Virus record (IMG/VR): IMGVR_UViG_3300035162_000704
Span: 1 to 34,557 of that record
Source of the DNA: a virus
DNA length: 34,557 bases
Strand: one strand, 5' to 3'
The notes beneath the pieces are model-generated. The model did no database searches. It worked only from the letters and a program-made list of their open reading frames with translations, and was not told the DNA's origin. A program made the position numbers and the translations under genes. This document shows positions 26,089 through 32,551 of this stretch, one piece after another (position 1 is the stretch's first letter; every line of letters begins with the position of its first letter).

Positions 26089-28052
26089 GCAAGTTAGCTA
26101 AGACGTTACAGGCTGCTGCGGGTAATGCTGGTGGGGATAAGCTGTATGTTGACGATGTGTTCTCAACTTACTTATATACAGGCACGGGTTCAGCAATAAC
26201 AATCACCAACGGGATTGATCTGGCTGGTGAAGGCGGCATGGTTTGGAATAAATGCCGAACATCAGCAACAAACCACGCAATGTCAGATACAGAAAGAGGC
26301 ATACCTTCAACTCTTAAACCTAACAAAACACAGGGAGAAAGCACAAGCACAGGATATTTTACATCTTTTAACTCAGATGGCTGGTCAATGGGAGGTAACA
26401 CAGAAACTAACTTAGCAAATGAACAGTTTGCCTCATGGACATGGCGCAAGAGTCCTAAATATTTCGACATTGTGACCTACACAGGGAATGGTGTTGCAAG
26501 AACTATTGCACATTCACTTGGCTCTGTGCCGGGAATGATTATTGTTAAATCTACAACTTATGGTTTAGGGTGGCCTGTTTATCATCGCTCTTTGGGGCAA
26601 TACACAAACACGCTTTACCTTGACGCTACTTCTTCGGCAGGCGCAAGTAAATGGAATGAGCAATTACCAACAGACTCAGCTTTTCCAATTAGCGCCAATG
26701 ATTATGTAAATAAAGCTGGTGAAACTTATGTGGCTTATCTCTGGGCCCATGATGCTGGGGGCTTTGGGGACGATGGTGAGCAGAATGTAATTAGCTGTGG
26801 GAGTTTTACTTGTGATGCTGTTGGTAGTGCAACTGTTAGCCTTGGATATGAGCCTCAATTTGTCATAATGAAAAAAGCAGATGGCGGCGCACAAGATTGG
26901 ATTACGCTTGATGTATTACGGGGTTGGTCACAAACATCGGACAACTATTTAAGGCCAAATTCGTCAGCCGCAGAAGTGGCGTCTTCGGGGCTAGGATTTC
27001 CGACCGCAACAGGATTTACAGAAGCGGGGTTGGGTAGCTCAGGCTCAACATACATCTACATGGCAATTCGCCGCCCAATGAAAACTCCGGCAAGTGGGAC
27101 TGAGGTGTTTGCTCCTGTATCAAGAACAGGGAATGCATCAGTAACTACCGTATCAGCAGGGTTTGCTCCTGACTTTGTTTTAAGTAATAATACGTCAAAC
27201 GGGGCAAGTAACCGAAGGATAGTGGGTACAAAACTAATAGGAACTACAAACTACTTACGAACAGAAACCACTGCCTCTGAATTAGTGGGTAGGGCTGACG
27301 CTGTTACTTCATACACTAATAGTGGAATAGTTTTAGGGGCTGATGTAGATACTGCGGCTTTTAATACTAATAATTTCCCTTATATTCTTTATATGATGCG
27401 CCGTGCCCCATCCTTTATGGATGTAGTTTGCTATACAGGGACGGGAAGTGGTGCAAACACTGTAACGCATGGGCTAACAGTCGCCCCTGAACTGCTTATA
27501 ACAAAGATACGCAGTGGAGGTACTGAATCTGGTGTGGGTGGTTGGGGGGTGTACGCAGCACCTTTAACTATTGCAAAAGTTTTAGAGCTTAATGCTACAA
27601 CCGCTAGTGCATCAGATAATTGGTTTAGCGGAAACACTGGTGATGAAGCTGCGCCGACATCTACGCAGTTTACAGTTTGGGGTAATGATCCACACTCAAA
27701 TAGGGCAAACGGTAACTACGCAGCCTACCTCTTCGCCAGCCTAGCTGGTGTAAGTAAAATTGCCAGCTACAGCGGAACTGGTAATTTTGTAAATGTTGAT
27801 TGTGGTTTTGCTGCTGGTGCTCGGTTCGTGATGATTAAGCGCACTGACTCCACTGGTGATTGGTATGTATGGGACTCAGCTAGAGGTATTGTTGCTGGTA
27901 ATGATCCATATCTGCTTCTTAATAGCGCAGTTGCTCAAGTGACCAACACTGATTACATTGACCCATTGGCAAGTGGCTTTACCGTAACATCATCAGCGCC
28001 AGCGGCTTTAAATGCTTCAGGTGGCACTTACATTTTCTTGGCAATAGCGTAA
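26085..28052 (+). CDS. Receptor-binding-type distal tail protein, paralogue 2 (655 aa, six internal repeats)
   Basis: ATGA coupling to 25612..26088. It shares DKLYVDDVFSTYLYTG, RKSPKYFDIVTYTGNG, AHDAGGFGDDGEQ.VISCGSFT, YMAIRRPMKTP and the last ~90 aa with paralogue 1. Confidence 0.7.
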   Translation: MSKLAKTLQAAAGNAGGDKLYVDDVFSTYLYTGTGSAITITNGIDLAGEGGMVWNKCRTSATNHAMSDTERGIPSTLKPNKTQGESTSTGYFTSFNSDGWSMGGNTETNLANEQFASWTWRKSPKYFDIVTYTGNGVARTIAHSLGSVPGMIIVKSTTYGLGWPVYHRSLGQYTNTLYLDATSSAGASKWNEQLPTDSAFPISANDYVNKAGETYVAYLWAHDAGGFGDDGEQNVISCGSFTCDAVGSATVSLGYEPQFVIMKKADGGAQDWITLDVLRGWSQTSDNYLRPNSSAAEVASSGLGFPTATGFTEAGLGSSGSTYIYMAIRRPMKTPASGTEVFAPVSRTGNASVTTVSAGFAPDFVLSNNTSNGASNRRIVGTKLIGTTNYLRTETTASELVGRADAVTSYTNSGIVLGADVDTAAFNTNNFPYILYMMRRAPSFMDVVCYTGTGSGANTVTHGLTVAPELLITKIRSGGTESGVGGWGVYAAPLTIAKVLELNATTASASDNWFSGNTGDEAAPTSTQFTVWGNDPHSNRANGNYAAYLFASLAGVSKIASYSGTGNFVNVDCGFAAGARFVMIKRTDSTGDWYVWDSARGIVAGNDPYLLLNSAVAQVTNTDYIDPLASGFTVTSSAPAALNASGGTYIFLAIA

Positions 28053-28090
28053 GCCGTAAGGCTCTCAACAGACTTTTAAAGGATCAATAT

Positions 28091-28600
28091 ATGTCTGAAT
28101 ATCGTAATCGCACCACTGGTGCAGTAAACACACAAGGCGAAATTCGCCGCTCAATGCCTAACACTAGCTTGCCACGGGTATGGACTAGCTCTATATGCGA
28201 CAGCCTTGGCATTGACCCAGTGCTGGCAGCACCAGCTCCAGAGGCTTCTGGTGAGTACAAGTCAGTCTACCGTGATGGTGTTGTACAAGACGCACTAGGG
28301 AACTGGGTGCAAGCATACGCTGAACGTGATATGTTTTCTGCATACGTCACAGAGGATGATGTGGCAGTCACCAAAGCCTCACAAGAAGAAGCGTACACAG
28401 CCGCTAAAACAGCAGAGGCCGCAACCGCTGCCCGTAACACTCGTGACGGCTTGATTGCAAGTAGCGACTGGCGGGCTATTAAAGCGTTTGAAGCAGGAGC
28501 TACGGTAGGCGCAGACTGGGCAACCTATCGCCAAGCCTTGCGTGATGTTACAGATCAAGCGGGCTTCCCTAACGAAATCGTGTGGCCTGAAAAACCATAA
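28091..28600 (+). CDS. Tail fibre assembly/chaperone-like protein
   Basis: C-terminal pattern RDGLIASSDWRAIKAFEAG...WATYRQALRDVTDQAGFPNEIVWPEKP is typical of tail fibre assembly proteins. Confidence 0.7.
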   Translation: MSEYRNRTTGAVNTQGEIRRSMPNTSLPRVWTSSICDSLGIDPVLAAPAPEASGEYKSVYRDGVVQDALGNWVQAYAERDMFSAYVTEDDVAVTKASQEEAYTAAKTAEAATAARNTRDGLIASSDWRAIKAFEAGATVGADWATYRQALRDVTDQAGFPNEIVWPEKP

Positions 28601-28602
28601 CC

Positions 28603-28612
28603 TTGTTAAAAT
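28603..28612 (+). promoter_or_regulatory. Candidate extended -10 promoter TTGtTAAAAT upstream of the lysis cassette
   Basis: TGn+TAAAAT in the 41-nt gap before ATG 28642. Confidence 0.35.
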
Positions 28613-28641
28613 ATTGACAACGATTTAAAACCAAGCTAAAT

Positions 28642-28848
28642 ATGACTACTCAAATTGACCCAGTTGAATATGGTAAATTACTTGGCCAAGTTGAGACCAT
28701 GATGCGTAAAGTTGACTCAATGGACTCAGACATCAAGGAGCTACTAGCGCTTGCAAACAAGTCCAAAGGTGGCTTCTGGATGGGCATGGCTGCTGCATCG
28801 GCTGTAAGTGGTTTTGTGGCTTGGTTTATCACTGCTTGGAATAGGTAG
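28642..28848 (+). CDS. Small tail-anchored membrane protein (68 aa)
   Basis: Helical N-terminus, then a single C-terminal TM segment GFWMGMAAASAVSGFVAWFITAW. Confidence 0.6.
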   Translation: MTTQIDPVEYGKLLGQVETMMRKVDSMDSDIKELLALANKSKGGFWMGMAAASAVSGFVAWFITAWNR

Positions 28849-29291
28849 TGCTGGCTGAAATCGCTATCGCGAACGCGGCGTGGGCGGTTTTGCGTGAGGG
28901 GCTTGCCAACGGCAAATCTATAATTGAGATGGGCGCGTCTGCGGCTGATTATTTCGATGCTACCTCAGTTATAGACATAAAAGCGCAGGCGGACGGAAGT
29001 TCCTCAGCCGCTTTTTTTGCTAGAGAAAAACACAGAGAGCAGCAGGAACAGCTTAGAGAAATGTTGATATGGGCGGGTAATGCTGGGCAGTACGACCGTT
29101 TCCTAGAGTTCAAGTTGGAACGTAAGCGCGAGCGCGAGGCAGCAGAAAAGGCTGTCAGGATTAAAAAGACAAAGCGCTTAAAAGTCCTTACGAATGTCGT
29201 AACTGGTGTATGTATTTTCATATTATCTATTAGTGGAATAGGCGCACTGCTTTTTGTAGTCTGGCTAATCATTACAAAGGTCTATAAATGA
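28848..29291 (+). CDS. Tail-anchored membrane protein with a charged coiled region (147 aa, GTG start)
   Basis: C-terminal TM segment VVTGVCIFILSISGIGALLFVVWLII, preceded by a KRERE-rich helix. It is coupled to both neighbours. Confidence 0.55.
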   Translation: MLAEIAIANAAWAVLREGLANGKSIIEMGASAADYFDATSVIDIKAQADGSSSAAFFAREKHREQQEQLREMLIWAGNAGQYDRFLEFKLERKREREAAEKAVRIKKTKRLKVLTNVVTGVCIFILSISGIGALLFVVWLIITKVYK

Positions 29292-29719
29292 TCCCAATTC
29301 TCACTAGCTTAATATCGCTTGGCGGCACATGGATGGAAGGCAAACAAGACCAAGCCAAGGCTGCATCTGCGGCTGCTATCGTTGGCATCCAAGCGCAGGC
29401 AGACATTGAGAAAGCTAAAGCTATATCAGCCACGCGCCAAGCCGAAACTGGCCAAAGGCAGGACTACGACCTTGATCGAATTGCTATGGAGCAAATGACA
29501 AAAAGCTGGAAAGACGAGTTTTTGCTAATTGTGTTCTTGACCCCAATGGCCATGGCTTTTGTTCCATCACTGGCCCCGCACGCCTTAGCTGGCTTTGAAA
29601 TTATCGACAAAATGCCAGAGTGGTATATGTACATAATCGTAGGCATGGTGGTTGTAATTTATGGTATGCGGGGCATGGTCAAAGCTCTTGCAAATAAAAA
29701 GATTGGCTTGCCAAAATAA
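29288..29719 (+). CDS. Putative holin (3-TM, GTA-holin-like architecture)
   Basis: Hydrophobic N-terminus, an Ala/Gln-rich loop, then SWKDEFLLIVFLTPMAMAFVP and WYMYIIVGMVVVIYGM segments. It lies two genes upstream of the endolysin gene. Confidence 0.5.
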   Translation: MIPILTSLISLGGTWMEGKQDQAKAASAAAIVGIQAQADIEKAKAISATRQAETGQRQDYDLDRIAMEQMTKSWKDEFLLIVFLTPMAMAFVPSLAPHALAGFEIIDKMPEWYMYIIVGMVVVIYGMRGMVKALANKKIGLPK

Positions 29720-29729
29720 GGAGTGGGGT

Positions 29730-29921
29730 ATGTTGTGGTTGCCTGTAGCGTTTATTTGTTTTTTTGGTGGCAATTGTAGTTTTGCCAGTGGCCGCCCGAC
29801 TGCGACAGCCAGCCAGTGTGAGGAAAAAAACTACAGGCTGCGGCATGAGCTTATTATTGACATGAGAATCTCAAAGTTTGAGCTTACTTGTCTAGAAATC
29901 CCAAAGGTATCATTTATATGA
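29730..29921 (+). CDS. Small secreted Cys-containing protein (63 aa), possible spanin-like component
   Basis: Strong AAGGAG SD before ATG 29730. Signal-peptide-like MLWLPVAFICFFGGNCSFASG with a non-canonical lipobox. ATGA coupling to the endolysin gene. Confidence 0.5.
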   Translation: MLWLPVAFICFFGGNCSFASGRPTATASQCEEKNYRLRHELIIDMRISKFELTCLEIPKVSFI

Positions 29922-30373
29922 AGCTATCAGCTAATTTTTCACTTAACGAGCTAACCAAGAGTGAGACAGCGACCCGCAACGGCATTTTTAACACACCATC
30001 AGCGCTGGTCATTGGAAAGCTGCAAGCATTGACTGACAACATCCTGCAACCATTGCGCGACAAGTTTGGCCCGGTCATTGTCACAAGTGCGTATCGTTCG
30101 CCAGAGGTTAACAAGGCTGTTGGGGGAAGCACCAGTTCGCATCACTGTTTTGGGTTTGCAGCCGACTTTGAGGTGCTTGGTATGGACAATCGCGAATTAG
30201 CTCTATACATCAGGGATTCGCTAACCTATACCCAGTTAATACTTGAGTATTACAATGGCGACCCAGATTCAGGCTGGGTGCATTGCAGCTATGACGCAGC
30301 CGACCTAAAGTGCCAAACACTAACTGCCAGACGGGTCAACGGGCGCACCCAGTACAGCAACGGGATTCTTTAA
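29918..30373 (+). CDS. Endolysin, peptidase M15 family (Zn D,D- or L-Ala-D-Glu peptidase type)
   Basis: SAYRSPEVNKAVGGSTSSHHCFGFAADF...GWVHCSY gives the H/D/H zinc-ligand pattern of M15 phage lysins. Confidence 0.85.
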   Translation: MKLSANFSLNELTKSETATRNGIFNTPSALVIGKLQALTDNILQPLRDKFGPVIVTSAYRSPEVNKAVGGSTSSHHCFGFAADFEVLGMDNRELALYIRDSLTYTQLILEYYNGDPDSGWVHCSYDAADLKCQTLTARRVNGRTQYSNGIL

Positions 30374-30508
30374 CCGGCCAGCAACGGCTACCTCTCTTGT
30401 TGAAAAGAGGTGGCTGTTTGCGCAAATGTAGCGTCTGTAAGTTGAGCCATTAGTGCGCTGCCTAGTCTCCTTTACTTCGCACCATGCTTGGCACTCCGGG
30501 CATATCAT
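30320..30508 (-). CDS. Small zinc-ribbon protein (62 aa), Ogr/Delta-like N-terminal pattern
   Basis: MICPECQAWCEVKETRQRTNGSTYRRYICANSHLFSTRE (CxxC...C..H). ATGA coupling to the upstream gene. The 3' 54 nt overlap the endolysin gene antisense. Confidence 0.55.
   Translation of the reverse strand: MICPECQAWCEVKETRQRTNGSTYRRYICANSHLFSTREVAVAGRLKNPVAVLGAPVDPSGS
30386..30415 (+). terminator. Weak hairpin at the convergence point of the late and early-left arms
   Basis: GGCTACCTCT-N10-AGAGGTGGCT (two G-U pairs) followed only by GTTTG. It lies inside minus-strand ORF 30320..30508. Confidence 0.35.
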
Positions 30509-30696
30509 TTGACGTTTTTAATTGAGCCGTCACCAAAATGCAGTTTATTGCCCACTCTGCTTGGCAATTTTTCGTGATTGTCCGCACCCACTCTGACGGC
30601 TGGTTTTGGCGGCTCGTTGTACACACCGTCCATTTTGCTAAATGTCATGCTGCGTGCAATAGAGATTTCTTCTAAGAGTTTTTGTCGGTCGTTCAT
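30505..30696 (-). CDS. Hypothetical early protein (63 aa)
   Basis: ATGA coupling at both ends. Confidence 0.6.
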   Translation of the reverse strand: MNDRQKLLEEISIARSMTFSKMDGVYNEPPKPAVRVGADNHEKLPSRVGNKLHFGDGSIKNVK

Positions 30697-30863
30697 TCTG
30701 TTTTCCCTGTGTTGGTCTGTGCCAAGGCTTCCTCTAGCTTGGCCATTGCAGCGTGGATGTCAGTAGTCGCATCACGGCCAGCCTGAAGCCCACCAAAGTC
30801 GTTGACGTACATCTCAGAGTCGATAATGGCCAGCAGGTCTTTTGCTAGTTGTTCAGTTGTCAT
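30693..30863 (-). CDS. Hypothetical early protein (56 aa, below the track cutoff)
   Basis: MTTEQLAKDLLAIIDSEMYVNDFGGLQAGRDATTDIHAAMAKLEEALAQTNTGKTE. ATGA coupling at both ends. Confidence 0.6.
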   Translation of the reverse strand: MTTEQLAKDLLAIIDSEMYVNDFGGLQAGRDATTDIHAAMAKLEEALAQTNTGKTE

Positions 30864-31099
30864 TCTGTTTCTTCTGTTGCTTTGGCAATTGCTTCATCTG
30901 CTACAAGGGCAATCATGTGCGGCTGATGGCCTAGTGGCGTCTCTATCCGGTAGCGTTTGACAAGGCCAAGCAATTCCACATTAATTTCATGCAGGCGGCG
31001 CAGTTCATCGGCTGCGACTAGCATCAGTACGGCTTGGCCAATGTCACCTCGCTGTCTTTCAAGACGTTTGGCCAGTCTAAATGCTAGGGGTTGTTTCAT
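30860..31099 (-). CDS. Hypothetical early protein (79 aa)
   Basis: I prefer ATG 31099, preceded by AACAGGAGA, over the track start at 31225. Confidence 0.65.
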   Translation of the reverse strand: MKQPLAFRLAKRLERQRGDIGQAVLMLVAADELRRLHEINVELLGLVKRYRIETPLGHQPHMIALVADEAIAKATEETE

Positions 31100-31317
31100 T
31101 GTGTTTCTCCTGTTGTAAACCGCGCAAAACGCGCCCAGAGCGTTTCTTTCTTGCCTAGCAGTATGGTTTGCCACCAAATGTTTGAATCGTCCATGTGCGA
31201 CCGTCTGGGTGGCTCGTAGCGACATCCTATGACTACCTTGCCAGTGTTGTAGCCTTTCACGACAAGGCCACCATCAAAACTGCTGGGCCAGTCATAAGTG
31301 CGGCAAGAACGATGCAT
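31096..31317 (-). CDS. Hypothetical early protein (73 aa)
   Basis: ATGA coupling at the 3' end. No clear SD at 31317, so the start is uncertain. Confidence 0.45.
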   Translation of the reverse strand: MHRSCRTYDWPSSFDGGLVVKGYNTGKVVIGCRYEPPRRSHMDDSNIWWQTILLGKKETLWARFARFTTGETQ

Positions 31318-31342
31318 GAAATCAAGTCGTAAATAAAGTTTT

Positions 31343-31540
31343 TCATTTTGAAACCAATGCTAATTGAAAATCTGCCAATTCGTCTGTAGCCCAATCAAAA
31401 CCGAGGCCGTCTAGAAGGTCTAGGTGCACTGCTGCCCACAGGACAAGCTGCGTGCCTTGGCTAGTCTTGCGTAGCGAGTAAATTTCAATTATTTCTGGGT
31501 CTTCTTTGTGCTGGCGAACGAATACGGGTTCTTTTGTCAT
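31343..31540 (-). CDS. Hypothetical early protein (65 aa)
   Basis: AACAGGAGA SD upstream of ATG 31540. Confidence 0.65.
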   Translation of the reverse strand: MTKEPVFVRQHKEDPEIIEIYSLRKTSQGTQLVLWAAVHLDLLDGLGFDWATDELADFQLALVSK

Positions 31541-31575
31541 TTCAATCTCCTGTTATGGGGCTTGCGCCCCGTTGG

Positions 31576-31767
31576 TTATTTCTTTTGGATGTTTGTTGGT
31601 GAGTAGGGCTGTGGAACATCGCCGCACCAGCGACCATCATGTGTTGCCAAAACTCTTTTGGGGGTGAAGCCAAAAACCACACCAGTGCAAACTGTGCCTT
31701 GGTAGTTGACCCAAACCGCATCTCCGATTGAGATTCCTTTTTCTGTCATTTGTTGTTGGGCGGTCAT
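31576..31767 (-). CDS. Hypothetical early protein (63 aa), first gene of the second leftward operon
   Basis: GGAG SD inside the conserved leader. Confidence 0.65.
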   Translation of the reverse strand: MTAQQQMTEKGISIGDAVWVNYQGTVCTGVVFGFTPKRVLATHDGRWCGDVPQPYSPTNIQKK

Positions 31768-31780
31768 TTTAGTCTCCAGT

Positions 31781-31820
31781 TGTGTTGCGATGTGTTTATT
31801 CTAATACACATAACAACACA
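31781..31820 (-). promoter_or_regulatory. 40-bp dyad operator-like element over the second leftward promoter (-10 TAGAAT at 31798-31803)
   Basis: The plus strand reads TGTGT tgcga TGTGT ttattctaat ACACA taaca ACACA. Bases 31779-31799 are identical to 33619-33639. Confidence 0.55.
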
Positions 31821-31853
31821 AAGGGAAGCTATTTTTAACTATTTTCTAGGTGA

Positions 31854-31991
31854 TTACCCTAACGCCTTCCTGACTAGATACACAATTTGCCCACTGACAG
31901 AACGGGCCTCTGCCTTGGCTTGCGTTTGTACTTGCGCGTACAAATCAATAGGGAATCGCAGGGTAACAAATTTTAATAACATTTTTTCCAT
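31854..31991 (-). CDS. Arc/CopG-type ribbon-helix-helix DNA-binding protein (45 aa, not in the ORF track)
   Basis: MEKMLLKFVTLRFPIDLYAQVQTQAKAEARSVSGQIVYLVRKALG shows the beta-strand/helix/helix pattern of Arc-like repressors. AAGGTA SD after the ssb-like stop. Confidence 0.6.
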   Translation of the reverse strand: MEKMLLKFVTLRFPIDLYAQVQTQAKAEARSVSGQIVYLVRKALG

Positions 31992-32003
31992 AATATTTAC
32001 CTT

Positions 32004-32255
32004 TTAAAACGGCATGTCATCATCAAAGTCTGGTGCAGGCGCTGGCCTTGCGGCAGGCGGTGCGGCTTGCTGTTGCTCTTTAGGCTGGAAGCTGAACGAC
32101 ATAAATTTTGTGCCATTTGCGCCAGTCTTGAGCCAAGCGCTCATCCACATTTCCACGCCATTTATCATGGCAGAGCCTTTGTAGTCTGGGTGGGTCTCTT
32201 TTTGCTTTTCATTTTTGAACAGCGAACCTGAGTTGGGTCGTATTTCGTAAGCCAT
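32004..32255 (-). CDS. Mini ssDNA-binding-like protein with an SSB-type acidic C-terminal tip (83 aa)
   Basis: It ends in PAPDFDDDMPF, which matches the canonical SSB-Ct D-D-D-[IM]-P-F. AAGGAA SD. It lies two genes downstream of Erf in the same leftward operon. Confidence 0.55.
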   Translation of the reverse strand: MAYEIRPNSGSLFKNEKQKETHPDYKGSAMINGVEMWMSAWLKTGANGTKFMSFSFQPKEQQQAAPPAARPAPAPDFDDDMPF

Positions 32256-32258
32256 GAT

Positions 32259-32549
32259 TTATTCCTTTATGTCAATGATTTTGTAGACCCGCACAGTACG
32301 GGCGTGTGATGCAAGATGTGTCGCATTTGTGTAGCCAATTGGCTTGAATTGTTTGCCTCGCAGGACTGCGCCCCAAGTGTTTACGTGATAACCCGCTGGC
32401 AGGCTTACAACCTTGCGCAAGTCGTTGATGGTTACCTCGCCGTTGGCCTTGCCTATTTTTTTAGCAACGGCTCTAGCCTCATTAATCCACCTTTTGCGCT
32501 TTTGCTCTAGCATTGCCAATACGCGGTCGCGTTCGTGTTTTGCAGTCAT
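32259..32549 (-). CDS. Hypothetical early protein (96 aa, basic)
   Basis: ORF between the Erf and SSB-like genes. Confidence 0.6.
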   Translation of the reverse strand: MTAKHERDRVLAMLEQKRKRWINEARAVAKKIGKANGEVTINDLRKVVSLPAGYHVNTWGAVLRGKQFKPIGYTNATHLASHARTVRVYKIIDIKE

Positions 32550-32551
32550 AA

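Noticed and set aside
23688-28052. Diversity-generating retroelement (template/variable repeat pair) explaining the duplicated 3' ends of the two paralogues
   Set aside because: No reverse transcriptase gene is present in the genome. Differences between the conserved ends are mostly synonymous transitions and transversions at third codon positions, not adenine-specific substitutions.
28614-28642. Consensus-looking TTGACA-N17-TAAATA promoter before the lysis cassette
   Set aside because: The -10 hexamer ends on the A of ATG 28642, so transcription would start inside the ORF. This would only make sense if translation began at M20/M21. I kept it as a side note under the lysis-cassette finding.
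31245-31346. 33-aa hydrophobic ORF (MKNFIYDLISCIVLAALMTGPAVLMVALS) ATGA-coupled to gene 31343..31540
   Set aside because: It overlaps the 5' part of ORF 31096..31317 in another frame, and I cannot decide between them by eye. The 73-aa ORF is favoured because its 3' end is coupled to the next gene. The small TM peptide remains a possibility.
31557-31570. GGGGC-ttgc-GCCCC hairpin (GCAA tetraloop on the minus-strand RNA) between genes 31576..31767 and 31343..31540
   Set aside because: No U-tract on either strand, so it is not a terminator. It may be an mRNA-stability or processing hairpin, but nothing else supports a function.
31750-32007. Plus-strand 85-aa ORF in the ssb-to-operon gap
   Set aside because: It runs against the direction of all neighbouring genes and gives an odd Cys/Phe-rich product. 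The same DNA is better explained by the minus-strand Arc-like ORF plus the promoter/operator element.
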